Notes under the pieces: model-generated | Seen by the model: the letters and a program-made list of their open reading frames with translations, nothing else | The model's database searches: none | What the model was told of the DNA's origin: nothing | Position numbers and translations under genes: made by a program | IMG/VR virus record: IMGVR_UViG_3300027759_004177 | Location: 292,866 to 356,865 of that record | Direction: 5' to 3' (one strand) | Length of the DNA stretch: 64,000 nt | Part shown: positions 31,888 to 40,896 of the stretch, piece after piece | Layout: the number at the start of each line of letters is the position of its first letter | Position numbering within the stretch: the stretch's first letter is position 1

Positions 31888-32956
31888 AGTAATCTTACGC
31901 AACCCTTTAAACTACACAGATCAAGTTGATTATACAATTACGGCTGCAGATAACCAATTGGCACGGGATTGGGTATCAGCATTAAAATTAGAACTATCGA
32001 GTGGTCGGCTATTAGAAAAGAATTTTTGTTTTATGGGTTTTCCCCGTACAGCCCGCACACTGGAATATCTTTGTGACGAACTCAATCAAGCAGTAGATAT
32101 CATTAATAGTTCTGGCATAGAATATCATATTCCTGAAGTGTTTTCCCCTGACACGGTACGTGGATTTGATTATGCAGATAATGGTGTCAATCATGCTGTA
32201 ATGAATCAACTACACAATCACTTTGAGCGATTGCAAGGAACTGTTTGGGGTTTAAGTGATTATTACCGACGTGCCAACTACGAAACAAAGTATGCTATCC
32301 GACAGTTAAACAACATCTGTCACGAGATGGAAAACCTAATACTAAGTCAGCGTAAAGAAGCCACAGCACCTTATTGGGTACGTCCAAGCCAAATTACTAC
32401 ATTTCTACAAGCCGAGCGTTATGACCTCAAAGGCGAACATCGCACAGGGTTTGCCATCAATGGATATGATCGTGTACTAGGCGGAGTATATATGCATTGG
32501 ACACAGATAGGCAAAACCTTGTTTGAAGTGTTCCGCGACGAAGGAGCACCAGAACTTACAGCAACAACGTGTGAGGCCATCACAGAGTTAAAATACTACT
32601 CAGGCGAATTTGATGTAGAGTGGGGTAACGATGTGACCTTACTAGGCGACAACAATCCTTGGCACACAAAGGAGCAGATAGAGTTTCGCAAGTGGCTAAT
32701 AGCCAACAATCGAGATCCTGCAGATCCTGCATTAAGTCTAGGATACTTGCCTGTAGGACAAGTAGAATTGACAAAGAGTTTTGGTACAGCAGATTATCAA
32801 CAGATATGGAACATACTTGGCAATCATTTGGACATATATCAAATAGAAGCAGGAGACGTATCCGCAACATTTGATTATTGCTGGACCGATGCCACGTACA
32901 AACAACAACAAATAGATCGGATGAGGCCGGGATATGACTATAGTAGCCGGGGGTGA
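31871..32956 (+). CDS. Hypothetical protein
   Basis: 361-aa ORF overlapping both neighbours; His/Glu motifs HNHFE and CHEME; family not recognised. Confidence 0.7.
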   Translation: MTQSIKVILRNPLNYTDQVDYTITAADNQLARDWVSALKLELSSGRLLEKNFCFMGFPRTARTLEYLCDELNQAVDIINSSGIEYHIPEVFSPDTVRGFDYADNGVNHAVMNQLHNHFERLQGTVWGLSDYYRRANYETKYAIRQLNNICHEMENLILSQRKEATAPYWVRPSQITTFLQAERYDLKGEHRTGFAINGYDRVLGGVYMHWTQIGKTLFEVFRDEGAPELTATTCEAITELKYYSGEFDVEWGNDVTLLGDNNPWHTKEQIEFRKWLIANNRDPADPALSLGYLPVGQVELTKSFGTADYQQIWNILGNHLDIYQIEAGDVSATFDYCWTDATYKQQQIDRMRPGYDYSSRG

Positions 32957-33737
32957 TAGTTTTGTTTTTGGTCACGAATTAAAAGACTGCGGCAAGAACC
33001 CTAGTAAAAATACCTTTACGGCTTTATTGGGCGCCGACGTTTGTGTAGCTCGTGGCGGATACTCCAATAGTGCTATTGCTAGAACAGTGATGTCTGAATG
33101 CAGTCGACATCAAGACAATCTTGGCGTTATTGTTAGTTGGACTTTTTCTAGTAGGTTTGAATTTAGATTTGCCTACAGTACTGGACAAGTTAGCAGCCCC
33201 TGGTACAGCATCAATGCCTGGACCATAGAAGATAATTTTGAAAATATCAAAAGTGAGTTTGTTACAGAAAACGAAGCAATATTTAACAGCCAAGTAGAAA
33301 CTATAAAACGGGCACAGAGCACAGGGGTACAGGACTTTGCAAAAACATTTTATAAACATGTGGGCAGTACAGAGTACTGGGAAATATATACTACACTTAA
33401 AGAAATTGTATTATTACAAAATTATTTGAAGCTACGCAATATACCTTATATGTTTACCTGTGCTGATAACCAAATTGTAAAAAATTATACTGTAGACAAT
33501 GCAGACGTACATATTTCTGCATTATACAATCAAATTGATTTTGATCATTGGTTTTGGTTCCCGCCGGGCACCGGAGCAAATCAAACCGAAACCCCAAGAG
33601 GTTTTTATCAGTGGGCCGTGGAGAATAAATACCCAGTAGGCACCACACATCCGCTGGAACAAGCACACATAGACGCATCCACGTTGATGCAAGGAAAATT
33701 CAATGAATTGGTTACGAAACATTTACAATCGAATTAA
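32934..33737 (+). CDS. SGNH-like hydrolase or acyltransferase
   Basis: IVAGGDSFVFG, ARGGYSN, SWT, THPL. Confidence 0.6.
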   Translation: MTIVAGGDSFVFGHELKDCGKNPSKNTFTALLGADVCVARGGYSNSAIARTVMSECSRHQDNLGVIVSWTFSSRFEFRFAYSTGQVSSPWYSINAWTIEDNFENIKSEFVTENEAIFNSQVETIKRAQSTGVQDFAKTFYKHVGSTEYWEIYTTLKEIVLLQNYLKLRNIPYMFTCADNQIVKNYTVDNADVHISALYNQIDFDHWFWFPPGTGANQTETPRGFYQWAVENKYPVGTTHPLEQAHIDASTLMQGKFNELVTKHLQSN

Positions 33738-33804
33738 ACTAGAATTACGCTATCGCAAGAAGTTAAAAGAGCTTCGTAAACGAGATCCATTTATCTATAA
33801 ATGA
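33703..33804 (+). CDS. 33-aa basic peptide MNWLRNIYNRIKLELRYRKKLKELRKRDPFIYK (below the ORF-track cutoff)
   Basis: Translated by hand. It fills the only gap in the operon, and its TGA overlaps the ATG of the next gene (ATGA at 33801-33804) like the other coupled genes. Confidence 0.65.
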   Translation: MNWLRNIYNRIKLELRYRKKLKELRKRDPFIYK

Positions 33805-34445
33805 TTTATTGTATCGGAGACAGTTTTACCTACGGGGAAGAACTTGCTGACCGTAATACAGCATGGCCGGCAATATTGGGTAAAAAATTAAATCAACCTG
33901 TGACCAATTGGGGCAAACCAGCAACTGGAAACCATCGCATGGTCAAGCGTACAATGGATGCTGTATTTGCGGGTGCTTCGTTGATTGTCGTTGGTTGGTC
34001 AGATCCAGCTAGACAAGAGTTTGCTGATGATATCAGTATTACTGACTTATGGGCAGGTAGGGATTATCGTAGAATGCAAACCTGTACTGATCATCGACGT
34101 GATTTAATCAAGTATATGACAGCGTATGACGTTCCGGGATATTACTACGCACAGTGGATACGACAAATCGTTTTAACACAGACTTTTTGTCGTGCAAATG
34201 CCGTTCCTTGTGTGATGTTTAGTGCGTGTAATGCTGAAAGTTGGAATATTGATTATATAAAAAAACAAAGTCAACACGAGCATTTAACGCGACACGTAGA
34301 TGTAGACACATACATTGGTTGGCCATATTCAGGATCAACGGAATGGACATATGGTACACCGCATGGCCCGGGCGGTCATCCTCTGGAACAGGGTCATGAG
34401 ATTATAGCAGAAAAAATTTATGAGCATATTAGCCGTCGGGTGTAG
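33801..34445 (+). CDS. SGNH-like hydrolase or acyltransferase
   Basis: IYCIGDSFTYG, NWGKPATGN, GWS, GGHPL. Confidence 0.65.
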   Translation: MIYCIGDSFTYGEELADRNTAWPAILGKKLNQPVTNWGKPATGNHRMVKRTMDAVFAGASLIVVGWSDPARQEFADDISITDLWAGRDYRRMQTCTDHRRDLIKYMTAYDVPGYYYAQWIRQIVLTQTFCRANAVPCVMFSACNAESWNIDYIKKQSQHEHLTRHVDVDTYIGWPYSGSTEWTYGTPHGPGGHPLEQGHEIIAEKIYEHISRRV

Positions 34446-35070
34446 TTTTACAGCAGGTGCAGAATTACCCAATCCTGCAGAATCTGCTTGGCCCAACCTA
34501 ATAGGAAAATTAAATAATCGTCCAGTAAAAAATTTGGGACTTGGCGGCGCATCCAATGATCGTACATTTAGATTGGTTATAGAGGAAACTGCTCAACAAC
34601 GATTTGATTTGGTTGTTATACAGTGGACTGAACCTAGTCGTATGGAAATATGGAATGCCCGCCGCCGCAATACCATGGATGTAAATATAGGAAAGTTGCA
34701 TTCAAACATGTTTGAGATGTCTTGGCTCGATACTTACTATTGCAATCACTACGATGATTTCCACGCTCATCGTAAATGGGCCGCACAGATATTGTCCTTG
34801 CAAGGATATTTAAAATCAATCGATCAGCCCTATGTTATGGTCAGTTTAAATGGACTTGATCAAAGACTTTACACGGGTGCATGGAGTAGTGTAAAATACT
34901 TGTGGGACGGTGTTGACACCATGCATTACCCAGGTTGGCCGTTTGAGGGAATTTATATGTGGCAAGGTGATTGTCCTAGAGCTCCCGGCGGGCATCCATT
35001 GGAGCTGGGACACAAAAGAATAGCAGAAAAAATAAATGAGCATATTAGGAATCTCGGCTGGCTTCCATGA
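34420..35070 (+). CDS. SGNH-like hydrolase or acyltransferase, tandem paralogue of ORF 33801
   Basis: ILAVGCSFTAG, NLGLGGASN, QWT, GGHPL. Confidence 0.6.
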   Translation: MSILAVGCSFTAGAELPNPAESAWPNLIGKLNNRPVKNLGLGGASNDRTFRLVIEETAQQRFDLVVIQWTEPSRMEIWNARRRNTMDVNIGKLHSNMFEMSWLDTYYCNHYDDFHAHRKWAAQILSLQGYLKSIDQPYVMVSLNGLDQRLYTGAWSSVKYLWDGVDTMHYPGWPFEGIYMWQGDCPRAPGGHPLELGHKRIAEKINEHIRNLGWLP

Positions 35071-36517
35071 CGCCGCCATTTCGTTAATTAACTCCGATGG
35101 AGAAATAGTATTTGCCGGGCATTCAGAACGCTACAGCAAACGTAAGAACGATCCAAATCTTTGTATTAGTCTATTAGAAGAGATATGCGATTACCCCATC
35201 GATACCATCGCATACTATGAACGACCTTGGAACAAACAATTACGTCAATTGTACAGTGGGCAAGGAATAGAGTGGAACAAACTTTTTGTTAAACAAATTG
35301 TTCGGGATCAATTGCATGGCTGGTTGGCGTATCCTCCTAAAAACATAAAAACTTATAATCATCATTTGAGTCACGCCGCAGCAGGATTTCAAACAAGTGT
35401 GTTTGACAAAGCCACAGTGGTTGTAATTGATGCTATTGGCGAATGGGATACCATTAGCATTTGGGGTGCTCATTACGTGGATGGTCAGGCCAAATATCAC
35501 AGACTGTGGGGACAGCGGTATCCGCATAGTATTGGACTGTTTTATTCAGCAATGACTCAGCGTGTGGGACTAAAACCCAACGAAGAAGAGTACATATTAA
35601 TGGGCATGAGTGCATATGGTAAAGATAATGTTGCTGACGTTATAAAAAATGCTGTAATTAACAATGAGTGGGATTTGACTTTTAAACAAAATTTACACAC
35701 TGGCGTTGACACGGAGTTTTTACGTGGAATCTCAGACATGGATATTGCCACATCTAGCCAGGCTTTTACAGAAAATCTGATATATAATGTTATGCGTCGA
35801 GCCAAAGACTTTGGCTGGAGCAGAAATTTGGTTTACATGGGCGGAGTTGCCCTAAATTGTTTAGCTAATCGTAATCTTGGTGATTATTTTGAAAAAATTT
35901 GGATCATGCCTAATCCTGGTGACGCTGGTAGCAGTCTTGGCGCCGCTGCCCTTGCCTACGGTAAAAGAATTGACTTCAACAACGCATACCTTGGTCACTG
36001 CATTAGCGGCGACTATCCCGTCAATGCCATCCTTGATTGTTTACTCCACGATAAAATCGTTGGAGTTGCTTCCGGCCGAGCCGAATTTGGACCTCGTGCC
36101 CTTGGGAACAGAAGTCTCCTCGCCGATCCGCGTGGATCAGATATAAAAGATCGTGTCAACCAAATCAAACGTCGTCAAAAGTTTAGGCCATTTGCGCCGG
36201 TTATCTTGGCTGAGCAAGCTGAGTTATTTTTTGATATGCCCCGTGGTTTCAGTGATAGTCCATATATGCAGTCAGTCGCCCATTGCCGGCATCCTGACAC
36301 TTACCCTGCTATTGTGCATCACGACGGCACTAGCCGAGTACAAACGGTTACAGATAATGGCTCAGGCATTAGAGAACTCCTAGAAAAATGGTATGTAATG
36401 ACCGGCTGTCCCATGTTGCTCAACACCAGTCTCAACATTAGAGGTGAACCCATGGTCAACGATCGTGCTGATGCAGATCGATTTGAACAACTATACGGAG
36501 TGCGTGTATGCTCGTAA
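35036..36517 (+). CDS. Carbamoyltransferase (CmcH/NodU family)
   Basis: HDAA, SERYSKRKND, HHLSHAA, IDAIGE, HSIGLFY, GGVALNC, PGDAGSSLG, EFGPRALGNRS, KRRQKFRPFAP, HHDGTSRVQ, LLNTSLN. Confidence 0.95.
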   Translation: MSILGISAGFHDAAISLINSDGEIVFAGHSERYSKRKNDPNLCISLLEEICDYPIDTIAYYERPWNKQLRQLYSGQGIEWNKLFVKQIVRDQLHGWLAYPPKNIKTYNHHLSHAAAGFQTSVFDKATVVVIDAIGEWDTISIWGAHYVDGQAKYHRLWGQRYPHSIGLFYSAMTQRVGLKPNEEEYILMGMSAYGKDNVADVIKNAVINNEWDLTFKQNLHTGVDTEFLRGISDMDIATSSQAFTENLIYNVMRRAKDFGWSRNLVYMGGVALNCLANRNLGDYFEKIWIMPNPGDAGSSLGAAALAYGKRIDFNNAYLGHCISGDYPVNAILDCLLHDKIVGVASGRAEFGPRALGNRSLLADPRGSDIKDRVNQIKRRQKFRPFAPVILAEQAELFFDMPRGFSDSPYMQSVAHCRHPDTYPAIVHHDGTSRVQTVTDNGSGIRELLEKWYVMTGCPMLLNTSLNIRGEPMVNDRADADRFEQLYGVRVCS

Positions 36518-37050
36518 GAATTACAGACAATTTTTATCAACTTACTGATGTGTTTAGTCCAACTCTTTATCAAAGACTGACATCTAGTTTTGATCAAGAT
36601 AGATCCGCCTGGAATCAAATTTCAGATGATAACACTGATGTAAAACGTCAACAGTTAAGTTTATCAGTCAATGAATATCTTGCACAACAGATACATGCAG
36701 AATTAAGAAAGTATGTTAGAATAGCAGAACCACGTGTTGGACCACTATATCAAAATGGTCCACAACTATGGTACGACGACAACGGCTATATTAATACTAT
36801 ACATGATGGTGATGTCAGCCCCAACCACTGTGTCAATGTACAAGTTTACCTCAGCAATGGTGCAGAAAACATGGGCACCTGTTGTTACGATGAAGGTGCT
36901 TGGCATAGTGTACCCTATCAAGCCAACTCAGGATACATGCTGATAGGTCCTACTCGTATACCGCATGGTATGCAACATCCAGTAACCAATCACAGAATGA
37001 GTTTATATCAGGGATTTAGAAACACCGAAGTACCGTCAGATATTTGGTAA
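36508..37050 (+). CDS. 2OG-Fe(II) oxygenase-like protein
   Basis: IHDGD...VQVYL...GT...YQANSGY...PHGM...RMSLY follows the DSBH layout, but the first motif is HxxD rather than HxD. Confidence 0.55.
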   Translation: MLVRITDNFYQLTDVFSPTLYQRLTSSFDQDRSAWNQISDDNTDVKRQQLSLSVNEYLAQQIHAELRKYVRIAEPRVGPLYQNGPQLWYDDNGYINTIHDGDVSPNHCVNVQVYLSNGAENMGTCCYDEGAWHSVPYQANSGYMLIGPTRIPHGMQHPVTNHRMSLYQGFRNTEVPSDIW

Positions 37051-37061
37051 AGGAAAACAAA

Positions 37062-37901
37062 ATGACACAACGTATTTTAATTATGGGCCTGCCGGGTGCA
37101 GGTAAAACAACCTTGGCTGGTGCTCTTAAAAAGTATTTGGAACAGTACGGAACAATGAGTATGTATTCTGCTGAACAACTTCCAGTAACCGGGTTTGATG
37201 CTAAGGTAACTTGGTTTAATGCTGACGATATTCGTCGTAAGTACAACGACTGGGATTTTAGCAATGAAGGACGCATCCGCCAAAGCCTACGTATGTTTCA
37301 GTTTAGTATAGAAGCCGGCGGAGAATATGTGATCTGCGACTTTGTTGCACCCTTGGTAGAAATGCGTAACAACTTCAAAGCTGATTGGACCATTTGGGTA
37401 GATACTATACGTGAAGGTCGTTATGCTGACACCAATGCGGCCTTTGTTGAGCCTGACGTGTATGACTTCCGTGTCACAGAACAAAACGCAGAAAAATGGG
37501 CTGAGTTTATTGGATCGCATATTATTGATAACCGCCGCAGGCCCACGTTTGATTGGCGGAAAGAAACTGTACAAATGTTAGGACGTTGGCAACCTTGGCA
37601 CGATGGACACCGTGCTTTGTTTGAGCGTCTAATACAACGCACAGGACAAGTAGTCATACAAATACGTGACGTACAAGGTTGGCAAGGATCAAATCCATTT
37701 GAAGTAGAAAAGGTTAAAGGCTTTATTCGTCGCGACCTAGATCCAATCTATCAAGGACAATATGAAATACAAGTGGTACCTAATATTGTACACATTGGTT
37801 GGGGTCGTGGAGTAGGATATACCAGTGGTGAAGAAACATTTGATGAAGCTGTCACAGACATCAGTGCCACAAAGATTCGTCGAGAACTAGGACTCAAGTG
37901 A
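37062..37901 (+). CDS. Fusion of an adenylyl-sulfate-kinase-like P-loop domain and a cytidylyltransferase-like domain
   Basis: GLPGAGKTT, NADDIR, DFSNEGRIRQ, ICDFVAP; C-terminal LGRWQPWHDGH (HxGH). ATG at 37062 has SD AGGA; the track starts at TTG 37044. Confidence 0.75.
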   Translation: MTQRILIMGLPGAGKTTLAGALKKYLEQYGTMSMYSAEQLPVTGFDAKVTWFNADDIRRKYNDWDFSNEGRIRQSLRMFQFSIEAGGEYVICDFVAPLVEMRNNFKADWTIWVDTIREGRYADTNAAFVEPDVYDFRVTEQNAEKWAEFIGSHIIDNRRRPTFDWRKETVQMLGRWQPWHDGHRALFERLIQRTGQVVIQIRDVQGWQGSNPFEVEKVKGFIRRDLDPIYQGQYEIQVVPNIVHIGWGRGVGYTSGEETFDEAVTDISATKIRRELGLK

Positions 37902-39065
37902 GATAGGTATAGGCAAGCCAGTTCTGACATCTAGGCGATATGGGGGTATGCGTTGAAACGCACGATCTATCGCTGTAATAGACCGAATCAAATGATCCCA
38001 TTCACGCTTGATAAACGCCGGATCATTAAATAATTGATAGTTGTGTTCTAAGACGGGTTGCATGTCTAGCAACATGGTCATTTGTTGTTCTGTGCTTAAT
38101 TCGCTAACAGTTTTTATTACTTGAGCAATAGCTTCAATACGTATTACAGGATCTTCTATTGCATCGTAACTTTCATCCCAGTAGTCACCAAATGTACGAA
38201 AGCCATAACTACGCAAATACTCTAAGTTATGGGCACAACCAGCAAGTACAAATGGCATACGAAGTACAATAGGTTTAAATATCTTTTCTGTCAAGTGTGT
38301 TTTTGTTTGAAAGAAACAGGTTTCCGTTACCAAGAATACAAAACTTTTCATCAACTCAGTCATGGGACTTAACAACATACTTTGATTAGGAATGTTTTGT
38401 CCAGCAAAATCTATACGCAACTCTGGTATCTGTTTTATGTTGGCAATAGCTTGTTCGATGTATGCAGAGTCAAATTTATATTCGGGAACACCTCGGCGTA
38501 GGTTATCATCAAACGCACCATCGTCGGGGCAATGGTGACTGTAACTTACATATCCTGAGTCTAGTAAATTGTTTTTGTACAACTCATTGACTAACAAACT
38601 ACGATACATGCGACGATTACTGGTCAACCGATTGAATGATATATAAGATTTTTCTAAAGTACGTTCGTGTGGTAGTTGTAGACCAGGAAGCATTTGGTGT
38701 CCTCGGAACCAATCGTGTGCAGCAAAAATATGAAAGAAGTAATTGATATGCAGGAATGGAAATTCTTTACAGATGCGTTTGGCTTCGTCACTGTCACGTT
38801 CAGTGGATACTAGAATAAATGGTTTTTGCTCAAGACCGGTGATGGCTTCAAACACCGGACGATTGTAATCTAAATCCAACGGCTCTTGATCATAAAAGAT
38901 AAACAATGGCCCGCGAAATTTACCTGCATCTTCGTCATTGCGTCGAAATTCAAGATTTTCTGGTAGAGTTGATCCAAAAGGATGTAGGTAAACTACCCTG
39001 GGATCTGTTATAATAGTTTGTAGGTGTTGGAATATATTTTCGTAATGACTGGATAAGTTATACAT
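37887..39065 (-). CDS. Glycosyltransferase-like protein (same family as ORFs 21602 and 22584)
   Basis: SFNRL...R, LVTET...LTEKIFKPI...PFV...LRSYGFRTF...DESYD...LEHNYQ. Confidence 0.5.
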   Translation of the reverse strand: MYNLSSHYENIFQHLQTIITDPRVVYLHPFGSTLPENLEFRRNDEDAGKFRGPLFIFYDQEPLDLDYNRPVFEAITGLEQKPFILVSTERDSDEAKRICKEFPFLHINYFFHIFAAHDWFRGHQMLPGLQLPHERTLEKSYISFNRLTSNRRMYRSLLVNELYKNNLLDSGYVSYSHHCPDDGAFDDNLRRGVPEYKFDSAYIEQAIANIKQIPELRIDFAGQNIPNQSMLLSPMTELMKSFVFLVTETCFFQTKTHLTEKIFKPIVLRMPFVLAGCAHNLEYLRSYGFRTFGDYWDESYDAIEDPVIRIEAIAQVIKTVSELSTEQQMTMLLDMQPVLEHNYQLFNDPAFIKREWDHLIRSITAIDRAFQRIPPYRLDVRTGLPIPISLES

Positions 39066-40896
39066 GTTTGATGTTTTTTACTTTGGCGATAAACCGGGCT
39101 TGTTTGCTTTTGAACAACCTGCGACTAGTCTCAAAGATGCCGCTGATAAATGTAAGACTACACACTACTGGTATATTTATGGGGGCAATGATTACACCGG
39201 CTTCGACTTTGAATACGTACCGGTACCTTGGGAAACCACGCACTTGCATGTATGGCCTAGCCAGCATCAACGCAATGGCGAAGTGTATCTAGCCAATCGA
39301 CGTACAGCACACAATCAAGAATGGCACTTCCATACAGAACAGAGTGTTGTCCGTAAGCCCGATCGCGGCATATGGCGTGTACCCGACAACATAGACGACA
39401 CAGACTTTGATTATTCATGGCATCCTGATCGTACCGAACCTGACTACGAATATCGATTTCCCACACAGTGGCAACGCGAAGGTGGTCCTGTGTATCCAGG
39501 CTCAGCCGGCGTCAAGTACATGACTGACCAACGCATACGTGCAGGCGCCACACAAATATTCTACATGGACTTTATGAATGGTGGTATAGCACGTCATCAA
39601 TTTGATTTATTAAAATTAGATCACCCTGATATCAAGCGAACACGGTATGTGGACAACCATCTCAACGTGTTCAAGCGTATTATGAACATGGCCACCACAG
39701 AATATGTATGGATCATCAGTAGCATCTGCGACTATACGCAATTTGATTTTACCTGGCACCCCAGCGAAGCACAGCGTGAAATGATCCACTGCTTTCCTTC
39801 GGGTAACCAACGTCGTGGCGACACATTCTATATACATGTCCCCAGTTTCACTCGGCAGATGTTTGAGTTAGAGCTGTTGGATTGGTTCAATGTTATCAAC
39901 TACTCAGATGATCAACAGGTAGAACGTTTTGGTATGCCGGTGCACCAATACTCAACCGACGATCTAGTAACCGAAATCAAAAACTACAAGTTCGAAACTC
40001 CTTATGTGATGTTCACTAACCAAAAGGACCTGGTGTTACATGATAGCCCTTGTTTATGGACCAAGAAAGACCGTACAGTGGTTCGTATTAGCACAGCAGG
40101 TGCTACTGCGATAGTGCCTCGAGATATCAAGGAGGATTTACGCACACAAATCTACGATTATCCTTACATTGAGGACACGAAACCCAGGTTAAACGACTAC
40201 TTAGGAGGCCGTGATTGTCTCGACATAGTCTATATCAGCAACGGTGAACCGGACGAAGAACGTTGGTATAATCATTTGTGCTATATGAGCAATACCCGAG
40301 CAAAATGGGTTAGAGGAGTTGATGGTAGAACAGCCGCTTATCAAGAAGCTGCACGTCAAAGTGCAACACCCTGGTTTTTTGCTGTGTTTGCCAAATTAGA
40401 AGTGTTGGGCAATCAGTTTCCTTGGGACTCCTGGTTACCAGACTACTTCCAAGAACCCAAACATTATATTTTTAATAGTCGTAATCCTGTAAACGGATTA
40501 GAGTATGGGCACCAAGGTGTCATTGCTTACAACAAGCGATTGGTGTTAGAGAATAACGCACCTGGCATAGACTTTACACTAAGCCAACCACACGAAAGTG
40601 TTCCTATCCTGTCAGGTACAGCACACTACAATCAAAGCCCATGGATGACTTGGCGTACCGCTTTCCGTGAAGTGGTCAAACTACGACACTTTATGGACAT
40701 AAAACCTACTGTGGAAACAGAACATAGACTCGCGACATGGTTGACTGTTGCTGAGGGAGATTTTGCTGAGTGGAGTATACGTGGAGCAGAAGATGCTGTA
40801 GCTTATTACGCAGAAGTTGCGGGAGACTATGAACAGTTAAAACTCAGCTTTGAATGGCTATGGTTGAGAGAACGATTTAATTCAAGTAAGCCGTAA
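39064..40896 (+). CDS. Multi-domain glycosyltransferase-like protein
   Basis: C-terminal domain paralogous to ORF 20000 (DIVYISNGEP, GVDGRTAAY, NGLEYGHQG, TWRTAFREVVK); internal repeats of a DYxxFDFxW/YxP motif. Confidence 0.55.
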   Translation: MFDVFYFGDKPGLFAFEQPATSLKDAADKCKTTHYWYIYGGNDYTGFDFEYVPVPWETTHLHVWPSQHQRNGEVYLANRRTAHNQEWHFHTEQSVVRKPDRGIWRVPDNIDDTDFDYSWHPDRTEPDYEYRFPTQWQREGGPVYPGSAGVKYMTDQRIRAGATQIFYMDFMNGGIARHQFDLLKLDHPDIKRTRYVDNHLNVFKRIMNMATTEYVWIISSICDYTQFDFTWHPSEAQREMIHCFPSGNQRRGDTFYIHVPSFTRQMFELELLDWFNVINYSDDQQVERFGMPVHQYSTDDLVTEIKNYKFETPYVMFTNQKDLVLHDSPCLWTKKDRTVVRISTAGATAIVPRDIKEDLRTQIYDYPYIEDTKPRLNDYLGGRDCLDIVYISNGEPDEERWYNHLCYMSNTRAKWVRGVDGRTAAYQEAARQSATPWFFAVFAKLEVLGNQFPWDSWLPDYFQEPKHYIFNSRNPVNGLEYGHQGVIAYNKRLVLENNAPGIDFTLSQPHESVPILSGTAHYNQSPWMTWRTAFREVVKLRHFMDIKPTVETEHRLATWLTVAEGDFAEWSIRGAEDAVAYYAEVAGDYEQLKLSFEWLWLRERFNSSKP

